From an uncultured Bordetella sp. (GTDB lineage Bacteria; Pseudomonadota; Gammaproteobacteria; Burkholderiales; Burkholderiaceae_A), in contig CAZKWK010000001.1 in assembly GCA_964556335.1 (NCBI GenBank), positions 46,681 through 110,680 of the forward strand: a stretch of DNA of 64,000 nt, read 5' to 3'. Shown here piece by piece: positions 20,065 through 28,626 of this stretch. Under the pieces are notes generated by a model, which was not told where the DNA came from, made no database searches, and was given only the letters and a program-made list of their open reading frames with translations. A program made the translations under genes and the position numbers. Every line of letters starts with the position of its first letter. Position 1 is the first letter of the stretch.

Positions 20065-21396
20065 CTAGGCGTCTGCGTTGTCTTCGGTACGACGTGCCGC
20101 AGGGTGGGTGGCCTGCAGTTCGCGGGAGGCCGCCAGTAGGGCAAGCCGCGAGATCACCCCGTAGAGATAAAGACGATTGGGCGTGGCATCGGGATTGGCC
20201 TCGGCCACTGGCTGCTGGCAGCTCTGTTCAAAGGCCAAGGGAACGAATCGTGCCCCCGGCGCATTCAGATTCTCATCGGGCCCGCGATCGACGTGTACCC
20301 GGTAGAACCCACCCACCACAAACCGATCCACCATGTAGACCACGGGTTCGGCTACGGCCTCCCCTTCGGGCTGCGGCACCGTCTCAAATGAATGGACCCC
20401 TTCTTGCACCAAGACATCGTGTACTTGAAGGCCTTCTTTGCCGACTGCCATCTTGTTGCGTTGTTTGCGGTTAAGGTTGAGTACCTCCGAGGGGTCTTTG
20501 ACGGTCATGATGCCCATGCCGTAGGTGCCGGCATCGGCCTTAACGACCACGAAGGGGGTCTGTTGTATCTCGTATTCGCGATACTTGATGCGAATTTTTT
20601 GGAGGAGATCAGCTACACGATCGGCCAAGCAGTCTTCGCCCTGTCGTGCATGAAAGTCGATGCCCTGACACCGGTCGAAATACGGATCGATGAGCCAGGG
20701 GTCGATCTGCAGACGCTGCGCAAATTCTTGGGCGACCGACCGATAGGCCGTGAAGTGGTGTGACTTTCGACGCGAGGCCCAGCCCGCATGTAGTGGCGGC
20801 AAGATGGCCTGTTGGGAGAGCCCCTGCAGCGGAGCGGGCACCCCGGAAGACAAGTCGTTGTTGAGCAGAATAAGGCAGGGGTCAAACCCTGCCACCCCAA
20901 TGCGGCCCCCGGTACGCACCAGGGGCTCCAGCACCAGTTCGACTTCCTGGCCCGACGGAGTGACGGCCTCAATTGGGGTGGGGCCGGTGAGGTCGGGCAG
21001 CAGGCTGCCGACCCGCACATCGAGCCCAGCTTGTTTTAGCAGGCTTACCAGTCGTGCGACGTTGGCAAGATAGAAGACATTGCGGGTATGGTTCTCGGGA
21101 ATCACTAAGACCCGAGCGATATCTGGACAGTGGTTCTCGACGCTGGCCATCAGCGCCTGCACCGTAACCGGCAGAGCAGCCTCACTCAGATTGTTAAAGC
21201 CTCCCGGAAACAAGTTGGTGTCTACCGGGGCGAGCTTGAAGCAGGCATTACGCAGGTCTACGGAGCTGTAGAAGGGCGGAGGATGTACACGCCACTGCGC
21301 ACGAAACCAGTGTTCAATTTCGGTGCTGTGGGCAAGTACGCGCTTTTCTAGACCGATCAGCTGGCCGCAGAGGTGTGTCTGTAGTTGAGGCGTCAT
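20065..21396 (-). CDS. gshA: Glutamate--cysteine ligase
   Basis: 443 aa from MTPQLQTH (ATG 21396). The upstream part of track ORF ..21477 contains the amtB terminator hairpin and is rejected. The call rests on family-level resemblance plus its position directly upstream of gshB. Confidence 0.85.
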   Translation of the reverse strand: MTPQLQTHLCGQLIGLEKRVLAHSTEIEHWFRAQWRVHPPPFYSSVDLRNACFKLAPVDTNLFPGGFNNLSEAALPVTVQALMASVENHCPDIARVLVIPENHTRNVFYLANVARLVSLLKQAGLDVRVGSLLPDLTGPTPIEAVTPSGQEVELVLEPLVRTGGRIGVAGFDPCLILLNNDLSSGVPAPLQGLSQQAILPPLHAGWASRRKSHHFTAYRSVAQEFAQRLQIDPWLIDPYFDRCQGIDFHARQGEDCLADRVADLLQKIRIKYREYEIQQTPFVVVKADAGTYGMGIMTVKDPSEVLNLNRKQRNKMAVGKEGLQVHDVLVQEGVHSFETVPQPEGEAVAEPVVYMVDRFVVGGFYRVHVDRGPDENLNAPGARFVPLAFEQSCQQPVAEANPDATPNRLYLYGVISRLALLAASRELQATHPAARRTEDNADA

Positions 21397-21435
21397 GCTC
21401 CCGATTGTAGCGGGGCTGTCTGCCAGACCGTAGAA

Positions 21436-21473
21436 ATAAAAAACCCGCAGTGCCGTCTGAGGCGCACTGCGGG
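21436..21473 (-). terminator. Rho-independent terminator downstream of amtB
   Basis: On the minus strand a 10-bp GC-rich stem (CCCGCAGTGC / GCACTGCGGG, 21444-21453 with 21464-21473) is followed by a T-run (plus strand AATAAAAAA at 21435-21443). Confidence 0.8.
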
Positions 21474-21525
21474 TCAAGGGGTCGTCGTACTGGAGGAGAG
21501 ACCCTTAGGAGGAGAAATGCAACCG

Positions 21526-22980
21526 TTAGAGGTAGTAGGCCTTCTCACCGTGTGAGCTGACATCGAGCCCTTCGCGCTCTTCTTCTTCAGAGACGCGCAG
21601 ACCGACCACCAGCTTCACGATAAATAGGGCAATCACCGAGACCACTGCAGACAGAATGATGGTGGTGATCACCGCCTCTGTCTGAATCGCCACCTGGGTG
21701 CCGATGGAATACTCACCCACCTTATCGGCCACGTAGTCATACACGCCCGTTCCGCCCAGCGAAGGTGCTGCGAACACGCCTGTCAGAATCGCGCCGATGA
21801 TGCCGCCCACGCCGTGAACACCGAAGACATCGAGCGAGTCGTCTGCCTTCAGAAGCTTCTTCAGACCCGTCACGCCCCAGAGGCAACCAAAGCCTGCGGC
21901 AAGACCAATGACCAGCGCACCGCCGACACCCACAAAACCCGCCGCAGGCGTAATGGCCACGAGACCGGCAACCGCACCAGAGGCCGCGCCAAGCATTGAG
22001 GGCTTATCGCGGAAGATGGACTCACCCAACGTCCAGGCCACGATGGCTGCCGCGGTCGCAAAGAGCGTGTTGGTGACTGCCAGCGCGGCAACACCGGTGG
22101 CTTCCAGGTTCGAGCCGGCGTTAAAGCCAAACCATCCCACCCAGAGCATGGCGGCACCGACCATCGTGAGGGCCAGGTTGTGCGGGGGCATGGGCTCTTT
22201 GCCATACCCCACACGCTTGCCGACCATGTAGGCCGCGACCAGGCCGGCAATACCCGCGTTGATGTGCACGACCGTGCCGCCTGCAAAGTCGAGCGCCCCT
22301 TTGGCCCAGAGCGCACCTGCGGCAGCAACGACCGCGTCGAGTGAGGCAGAGTCCCCCACCTTAATCGCATCCGGACCATCCCAATACCAGACCATGTGGG
22401 CGGTGGGAATGTAGGCAAAGGTGAACCAGATCACCAGGAAGAGCAACACTGCGGAAAATTTAATACGCTCTGCGAAGGCCCCAACGATCAGCGCACAGGT
22501 AATCGCCGCGAAGGTTCCCTGGAAGGCCACAAACATCAGCTCGGGAATCACAACGCCCCGGCTGAAGGTCGCCGCCACGGATTCCGCGGTGATACCTGAC
22601 AGAAGAATCTTGTCAAAGCCGCCGAAGTAAGGACTACCGCCGGTAAAGGCCAGGGAGTAGCCATAGATAGCCCAGAGCACAAAGATCATCGAGGCGCCCA
22701 CCATTACCTGCATGAGTACCGAGAGCATGTTCTTGGCGCGTACCAGGCCGCCATAGAAGAGGGCCAGGCCAGGCACAATCATCGACATCACCAGCACGAA
22801 AGACAGCATCATGTAGGCCGTATCCCCCTTGTTGGGGACAGGGGGTGGGGGAGCAGCCGCCGCAGCCGCGGCAGCGGCGGGGGCATCGGAGGCAAGCGCC
22901 AGAGATGCCACGCCGAAAGTGCCGAGCGCCGCCAGTGCGGGTACGGCATATTTCGTGAGACAAGAAGTTGCGATTTTCAT
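21526..22980 (-). CDS. amtB: Ammonium transporter
   Basis: 484 aa. Signal peptide plus an Ala/Pro-rich segment, multi-TM Amt family core, and a position immediately downstream of glnK. Confidence 0.93.
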   Translation of the reverse strand: MKIATSCLTKYAVPALAALGTFGVASLALASDAPAAAAAAAAAPPPPVPNKGDTAYMMLSFVLVMSMIVPGLALFYGGLVRAKNMLSVLMQVMVGASMIFVLWAIYGYSLAFTGGSPYFGGFDKILLSGITAESVAATFSRGVVIPELMFVAFQGTFAAITCALIVGAFAERIKFSAVLLFLVIWFTFAYIPTAHMVWYWDGPDAIKVGDSASLDAVVAAAGALWAKGALDFAGGTVVHINAGIAGLVAAYMVGKRVGYGKEPMPPHNLALTMVGAAMLWVGWFGFNAGSNLEATGVAALAVTNTLFATAAAIVAWTLGESIFRDKPSMLGAASGAVAGLVAITPAAGFVGVGGALVIGLAAGFGCLWGVTGLKKLLKADDSLDVFGVHGVGGIIGAILTGVFAAPSLGGTGVYDYVADKVGEYSIGTQVAIQTEAVITTIILSAVVSVIALFIVKLVVGLRVSEEEEREGLDVSSHGEKAYYL

Positions 22981-23013
22981 AAAAGCCTCATGTAAAAAAG
23001 TGTCAGCCCAGAA

Positions 23014-23415
<402 letters not shown>

Positions 23416-24165
23416 TTAGAAAGATTTGGAAACGGTGAGAATAGTTTTGGCCTCATAGAGCTTGGTCGTCCCATTCTCCCCAGCGGTGAAACCCGTTTTC
23501 TCGGCCGCGGATAGCCCTGACGTTCCCACATAAGCGAGCGTTACTGAGAAGTCAGAGGGGAGTGCGTAAGAGAGCCCCACAGAATAGTCGTTATAGGTCG
23601 GGTTTCCCGCTCCTTTAACCGTCTGTTCGCCGAAGCTTGCAGAAATTGCAGCCTTCTCCGACAAGGGGAACTTTGCGCTTACGAAGTGATATGTCGAGTT
23701 TTTTGAACCTGGAAACGCAAACCACAAATCACTTGTTTGAGAAAACTTGTAGGAGACGGGCCCGAAACTCAGTCCCACGTAGTATTCGAGGGTGTTTGGC
23801 TTCTTCCCGCTACCCCCTACCGTGGTTCCTGGGTAGAAGTACTGCAGAGCGCCGATATCAATACCAAGCCCCATGGGTAATGACGTACTGTAGCCGCCAT
23901 AGACATCAATTTCCTGTCCGTTACCCTCGAAGTTCGCCCAATCAGACACGTTAGAGGTCCAGGTTCCAAGGTACAGGCCCGATCCATGTTTTACATCGAA
24001 GCCGCCCTGTGCAGCCATTTTGTTGTCCGTCTGCGAGATACCGCGGTACTTATAGTTGCTGGTAAACCCGAAATTCCCCGAAATGGAAAGCCCCGACTCA
24101 GCTGCCTGGGACGACAAGGGAAGGGCGAGTGCGGCCATGGTTACTGCGAGAAGTGTCTTTTTCAT
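23416..24165 (-). CDS. TorF/Gcw_chp-family putative outer-membrane beta-barrel porin
   Basis: Starts at MKKTLLAVTMAALALPLSSQA (ATG 24165). The family-typical SGNFGFTSNYKYRGISQTD is present, with alternating beta-strand pattern and a terminal Phe. The longer track ORF to 24324 translates the 5' UTR repeats. Confidence 0.8.
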   Translation of the reverse strand: MKKTLLAVTMAALALPLSSQAAESGLSISGNFGFTSNYKYRGISQTDNKMAAQGGFDVKHGSGLYLGTWTSNVSDWANFEGNGQEIDVYGGYSTSLPMGLGIDIGALQYFYPGTTVGGSGKKPNTLEYYVGLSFGPVSYKFSQTSDLWFAFPGSKNSTYHFVSAKFPLSEKAAISASFGEQTVKGAGNPTYNDYSVGLSYALPSDFSVTLAYVGTSGLSAAEKTGFTAGENGTTKLYEAKTILTVSKSF

Positions 24166-24179
24166 CGTTGATCTCCAAA

Positions 24180-24206
24180 AGAGGTGGAAGAGGTGGAAGA
24201 GGTGCA
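24180..24206 (-). repeat. Three tandem 9-nt repeats in the porin 5' UTR
   Basis: Plus strand AGAGGTGGA AGAGGTGGA AGAGGTGCA. On the mRNA this reads UGCACCUCU UCCACCUCU UCCACCUCU, immediately 5' of the GGAGA Shine-Dalgarno sequence. Confidence 0.9.
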
Positions 24207-24216
24207 GGACCTTTGT

Positions 24217-24234
24217 AGCGATTTGTATGCCAGC
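24217..24234 (-). promoter_or_regulatory. Putative sigma54 (-24/-12) promoter for the porin(-glnK-amtB) unit
   Basis: The minus strand reads GCTGGCATACAAATCGCT. GG (24231-24230) and GC (24219-24218) have the canonical spacing of TGGCAC-N5-TTGCW. It sits about 50 nt upstream of the porin ATG. Confidence 0.6.
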
Positions 24235-24290
24235 CCCAAAATCTTGAAAAACACCTGTAATTGCCCAGGGTTGCCCCCAGAACTGGCGGA

Positions 24291-24341
24291 TTTTGGTGCT
24301 GAGCGGCCGATTAAGTAGCACCAAAAGCGTGCGTCACGCAC
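24291..24341. promoter_or_regulatory. Cluster of dyad symmetries resembling NtrC enhancer sites
   Basis: TTTTGGTGCT (24291-24300) and AGCACCAAAA (24317-24326) form a perfect 10-nt inverted repeat. GCACCAAAAGCGTGC resembles GCACC-N5-GGTGC. The palindrome GTGCGTCACGCAC lies at 24329-24341. All are 60-110 bp upstream of the sigma54 element. Confidence 0.4.
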
Positions 24342-24399
24342 CAGGGGCGATCGGTTGCTCCGATGTCCTTTGGGGCCAATTACTGGTACTGTTTTGGGC

Positions 24400-24675
24400 A
24401 TGAAGCCTTTCTCTATGCCCGAACTGCCCCCCGTCTTGACCGATATGCAGCGGCGGATTTCCGAGTTCATGGGGTCTCATTCGGCCACCGACCTACAGGG
24501 CCCCTTGCGCCAGGCCCTCGAGTCCGCCCTGCAACGCATGGACCTGGTCACCCGCGAGGAATTTGCCCAGCAACAGCGACTGCTTGCCCTCGCAGAAGAG
24601 AAGATTGCTGCCCTAGAAGCGATGCTGGCCGAACAGGCCGACGCTCGTTCTAGCGAACGTTCGCGTAATACCTAA
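24400..24675 (+). CDS. ubiK: Ubiquinone biosynthesis accessory factor UbiK (YqiC/BMFP family)
   Basis: MDLVTREEFAQQQRLLALAEEKIAALEAML aligns with E. coli UbiK [30 protein letters not shown]. The start is uncertain: ATG 24400, 24415 or 24355. Confidence 0.8.
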   Translation: MKPFSMPELPPVLTDMQRRISEFMGSHSATDLQGPLRQALESALQRMDLVTREEFAQQQRLLALAEEKIAALEAMLAEQADARSSERSRNT

Positions 24676-24738
24676 TACCTAATGCCTAGGCACTTCGGCC
24701 CCTAGTCGACGCATCTGGGGCGCTGAAGACTCGGGGGC

Positions 24739-26418
24739 ATGACGACTGCCCTTTCCCATACCCATGTCTTATCTGGCCTGTCCACCCAACCAGTACGCGT
24801 AGAGGCCGATCTCGCCAACGGCCTGCCGCAGTTCTCGATTGTGGGTCTCCCGAGCACTGCCGTACGCGAAGCACGCGATCGGGTGCGCGCCGCACTGGTG
24901 AATGCGGGCTTCGGCTTTCCCGATCGCCGCGTCACCATTAATCTTGCGCCAGCAGACCTTCCCAAAGACTCTGGCCGGTTCGACCTTGCCATTGCCTTGT
25001 CTATTCTTGCGGCCTTTGAAAAGATCCCCGCGCCGGCCTTGCGGCGCTGGGTCTTGGCGGGCGAACTCTCACTCTCAGGTGAGCTACTCCCCATCCGCGC
25101 AGCCTTTGCCTACGGGCTGTCGGTGGTCCGCGGGCTGCGGGGCGCCGATGCGATGACCCCGATGGTCCCGATGACCCTTATGGCACCTGCGGCCAATGCC
25201 GCTGAGCTCGCCCTGCTGGGGTCGGATGCGCCGATTGTCTGTGTGGCCACCCTTGCAGAAGCCTGTGCGGTCGTGCAAGGACGGCTGCCTGGCCGCCAGC
25301 CTGCGGCGTTCTCTGCGACGAATATTTCCGGCGCATCGGGTCCAGCCAAGGCGGCACCACCCGTAAATGAGGCGGCGATGGCTGAGCGGCCTCTACGGTG
25401 GGAATCGGTGCGTGGCCAAGAAGAGGCGCAGTGTGCGGCGATGGTGGCCGCTGCCGGTCACCATAGCCTGCTGCTTTTGGGCCCGCCTGGCGTAGGTAAG
25501 TCGATGATTGCCGAGCGCCTGGTGAGTCTGGTCCCGGCGCTTCAGACCGCAGACGCCCAAGAGGTCTTGGCCCTGCAGAGTCTAGAGGCCCCTGCAACGG
25601 CCGATCCCGCCGTGGCGCTACTTCAGCGCCATCGCCTCTGGCGGCGCCCCCCATTTCGCGCGCCGCACCACACCACCTCTGCGAAGGCCTTGGTGGGCGG
25701 TGGCAATCCCATTCGTCCTGGGGAGATCTCGCTTGCTCATCGTGGGGTGCTCTTCTTAGACGAACTGCCCGAGTTCTCGCGAGACGCCTTGGAGTCGCTG
25801 CGTGAGCCCCTGCAGACGGGTGAAGTTCGGGTGGTGCGGGTCCGCGAACGACAGACGCTTCCGGCGCGGGTGCTTCTGGTGGCTGCGATGAACCCCTGCC
25901 CTTGCGGCTTTTACGGCGTCAAGCAGGGCAAGAAGTCTTGTCGATGTACCGCAGAGCAAATCGCCCGTTATCAGGGGCGGCTTTCTGGCCCCCTGCTAGA
26001 CCGTTTTGATCTCGCGGTCATGCTGCAACCGGCCTCAGAGCGGGCAGGGGGCGAGGGCATTGGTGGAGGGTTGTTCTCTTCTTTGATGAACACTGACGGC
26101 CAACTCCTTTCGACCGAGGAGCGGCAGCAGGCGGTCTGCACGGCACGGGAACGCGCGCTTGCTCGCCAGGGCTGCCCCAATGCACACCTCGCCCCTGAGG
26201 TGCTCGACCGTCTTGGTGTTATTGCCCCAGAGGCGCAGGGCCTGCTCGCCCAGTTTATTGCCCGCACGGATGCGAGTCTGCGCGTGGCTGACCGCCTTAC
26301 GCGCGTGGCGATGACCCTGGCTGACCTTCAGGGCGCTGATCGCGTGGAGGTGTCTCAGATGGCCCAGGCGATTGATCTTCGACGTGGACTTGATAGGCCG
26401 GCTGCCCTGGCCGAATAA
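24739..26418 (+). CDS. comM: YifB/ComM family Mg-chelatase-like AAA+ ATPase
   Basis: 559 aa. Lon-like N-terminal domain, Walker A LLGPPGVGKSM, GVLFLDELPEF, and a Cys cluster NPCPCG..CRC. Confidence 0.9.
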   Translation: MTTALSHTHVLSGLSTQPVRVEADLANGLPQFSIVGLPSTAVREARDRVRAALVNAGFGFPDRRVTINLAPADLPKDSGRFDLAIALSILAAFEKIPAPALRRWVLAGELSLSGELLPIRAAFAYGLSVVRGLRGADAMTPMVPMTLMAPAANAAELALLGSDAPIVCVATLAEACAVVQGRLPGRQPAAFSATNISGASGPAKAAPPVNEAAMAERPLRWESVRGQEEAQCAAMVAAAGHHSLLLLGPPGVGKSMIAERLVSLVPALQTADAQEVLALQSLEAPATADPAVALLQRHRLWRRPPFRAPHHTTSAKALVGGGNPIRPGEISLAHRGVLFLDELPEFSRDALESLREPLQTGEVRVVRVRERQTLPARVLLVAAMNPCPCGFYGVKQGKKSCRCTAEQIARYQGRLSGPLLDRFDLAVMLQPASERAGGEGIGGGLFSSLMNTDGQLLSTEERQQAVCTARERALARQGCPNAHLAPEVLDRLGVIAPEAQGLLAQFIARTDASLRVADRLTRVAMTLADLQGADRVEVSQMAQAIDLRRGLDRPAALAE

Positions 26419-27622
26419 GCCAGAGCAGGGCGAAGGCCTGCATGCCTACCCAGATGCCAAAGGCGAGCCGCATGGCATCCACCTCAGGCATCGCGAGTGT
26501 TCGAAAGAAGTCAATCAGTAGCCCGAGTCCCCACTGCACGGCAAAGGCGCCCATGAAGACCAGAAAATTAAAGCTAGTGCTCGCGCGGCCGGAAAGGGAC
26601 TTCGGGAAGACCAGTGCGAAGCGGGTGTAGCTTAGGGTGGTCACGCCAGCGGCGAGGAAGGTTAGCCCCCAGCCAATAAGCGGATGTGGCCAGAGACCGA
26701 GTACGGCGCTTGCACTAAAGACGAGCTTCATGACCAGGCCGCCCACCATAAACCGGAAAAGACTCGGGCCGGGGTGAATGACCCGACCGGCGAGTGAGGC
26801 CACCGTGAGGTGGGAGGCCGTGACCCCCAGCGTGAGAACGAACAGTCCCCAGGCCGCCTCGGCATTTGAAAACCCCTCCACGACTCTGAACCAGGGGCCA
26901 AGCCAGAGCCCGTGCAGCGCCAAGAACCCGCCGAAGGTGACCACCGCAAAGGGGAGCATTCGCCAAAACTCGTGGTGCGAAAAGATCGTATCTAAGCCTT
27001 CCCGGGTATCGGCCCAGAGGCCCTTAGGGCGGCCTGCAGAGGAGGTGAGCGGCACGGGGGGCAGCAGCCAGAGGATGGCCAGCGCAGACAGTCCAAACAA
27101 ACCAGCCAGTATCCAGAAGACGCCTCGCCAGGTTGTGACCTGCAGGAGCCATTCCACCGGCAGCGTGGCGCTTAACGCGCCAATAGATCCCACCACAAGC
27201 ATGGCTGAGGCAAGTGGTGCCTGTAGACGGTCGACAAAGAGCATCCGAAAGGCCTTGTAACCCGCCATTAAACAGGCCGACACGCCGATGCCAATAAGGG
27301 CGCGGCCGATCCAGAGCATCCAGAAATCGTTGGCCACAGCCGTGAGGGCGCAGCCCAGAAGGGCGATGATGAGCAGGCTACCCTCGACCCGTCGCGGCCC
27401 ATACCGATCGAGTAAGACCCCAAGGGGAATCTGCATGGCTGCAAAGGCCAAGAAGTAGGCACTGGCCAGTAGCCCAAGTTCTGCGGCCGAGAGGCCCAAC
27501 TCGTTCACCAGTGGGGGAGAAAGCACCGCATTGATGGTGCGCAGCGCGTACGACAGCGCATAGCCAAAACCGAAGGGCCAGAAGACGGCAAACAGGGAGG
27601 CCGAAGCCTGCTGGCGTGACAT
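26297..27622 (-). CDS. MFS transporter
   Basis: 441 aa and about 12 predicted TM segments, with the MFS loop motif GVLLDRYGPRR. Its C-terminal 40 codons overlap the comM 3' end. Confidence 0.85.
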   Translation of the reverse strand: MSRQQASASLFAVFWPFGFGYALSYALRTINAVLSPPLVNELGLSAAELGLLASAYFLAFAAMQIPLGVLLDRYGPRRVEGSLLIIALLGCALTAVANDFWMLWIGRALIGIGVSACLMAGYKAFRMLFVDRLQAPLASAMLVVGSIGALSATLPVEWLLQVTTWRGVFWILAGLFGLSALAILWLLPPVPLTSSAGRPKGLWADTREGLDTIFSHHEFWRMLPFAVVTFGGFLALHGLWLGPWFRVVEGFSNAEAAWGLFVLTLGVTASHLTVASLAGRVIHPGPSLFRFMVGGLVMKLVFSASAVLGLWPHPLIGWGLTFLAAGVTTLSYTRFALVFPKSLSGRASTSFNFLVFMGAFAVQWGLGLLIDFFRTLAMPEVDAMRLAFGIWVGMQAFALLWLIRPGQPAYQVHVEDQSPGPSETPPRDQRPEGQPGSSPRA

Positions 27623-27627
27623 GGGAG

Positions 27628-28239
27628 TTAAGCCCGCGGCTGGCCGACGACTACGGAGGACAAAAACTGTTCTGCGGCCTCTTGTTCAAAGCCTTCAGCA
27701 GGCCCTACGACCTTGGCCTCGATCACATAGGGCGGCCGTATCCAGGTGCGCATCCAAAGGAGTGCCGGTACGGGGGCGGCCTGAGGCTGCAGCCGCAGGC
27801 GACCCGTGGCCGCGAGGCCCTGCTGCCCCTGGGGGGGCGATGGTGCCCCCGCCGCCTGCAGCGCCCGCGTTCCCTCAATGTTGCGCAGCATGGCTTCTTC
27901 AAGGCCGCGGGCGAGCCCTTGGAGCGCCTCTTGCGGCATCGGCTCCTGGGGCTCGGCCAGGCCGAGGGTGAAACGCTGCTCGTCAATGACCGCAGCCCAG
28001 AGGGTGAGGCTGATCATGCGAGTCTGATTCTCAATCGGTAGGGGAAGTGTTCGGCGAAAAGAGACAGGCTTGGCCGGGAAGCTCGCCGCCCAAAGGCCTT
28101 GGGGATCTCGCACATCGCGCCAATTCAGGCGCGGCGTGCAGCCAGAGGCCAGCAGGCTGCCTAGCGTTGCGAGACAAGAGGCATAGCCAATAAATTGTCG
28201 TCTGTGAGGAAGAGCGATCTCACCAGAGCCAGTCTTCAT
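27628..28239 (-). CDS. Hypothetical lipoprotein with a twin-arginine-like signal
   Basis: 203 aa. HRRQFIGYASCLATLGSLLASGC combines an RRxFxG Tat-like motif with a lipobox Cys. I do not recognise the remainder. Confidence 0.6.
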   Translation of the reverse strand: MKTGSGEIALPHRRQFIGYASCLATLGSLLASGCTPRLNWRDVRDPQGLWAASFPAKPVSFRRTLPLPIENQTRMISLTLWAAVIDEQRFTLGLAEPQEPMPQEALQGLARGLEEAMLRNIEGTRALQAAGAPSPPQGQQGLAATGRLRLQPQAAPVPALLWMRTWIRPPYVIEAKVVGPAEGFEQEAAEQFLSSVVVGQPRA

Positions 28240-28263
28240 CGGATCGGGATGGAGGGTGCTGGG

Positions 28264-28617
28264 CTAAGCCCGCTCCCAGACCACGGGTTCGCCCTCTGCG
28301 CGGGCAAGACGAACCATCTGTAGTACGGGAACCAGCCGGCGCGAGAGGCCGACAGGAAACTCTTGTGAGGAGAGGTCATCGAGTCGTCCCTCTGCCTGGG
28401 CCTGTTCGCGGGCCTGGCCAAATGCTTTTTCTGCACGCGCATCCTGATCTTTGGAAGACTGCAAAAGCGCCTCAAGTTCAGCCTGCAGAATAGGCAGACG
28501 GTCCGCTGTCCAGATACCCGGTGCGTGGAGTTCTTGTTTAAGTGCCTTAAAGACCTGCTCAGCCACCGGGTCGGTCATGACAAAAGAGGCTGACGCCTTA
28601 CTCAGGAATCGAATCAT
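28264..28617 (-). CDS. DUF1840 domain protein
   Basis: 117 aa. The N-terminus MIRFLSKASASFVMTDPVAEQVF resembles the conserved M-I/L-Y-K-F-K-S-K-A..D..M start of DUF1840 proteins. This is a recollection, not a search result. Confidence 0.6.
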   Translation of the reverse strand: MIRFLSKASASFVMTDPVAEQVFKALKQELHAPGIWTADRLPILQAELEALLQSSKDQDARAEKAFGQAREQAQAEGRLDDLSSQEFPVGLSRRLVPVLQMVRLARAEGEPVVWERA

Positions 28618-28626
28618 CGCCCGAGT

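Noticed and set aside
21397-21477. An N-terminal extension of gshA
   Set aside because: The extension contains the amtB terminator hairpin and T-run. ATG 21396 gives a normal-length protein.
24166-24324. An N-terminal extension of the porin ORF, including the HLFHLFHLF peptide
   Set aside because: HLFHLFHLF is simply the translation of the three tandem 9-nt UTR repeats. A classical signal peptide begins at ATG 24165, behind a GGAGA SD.
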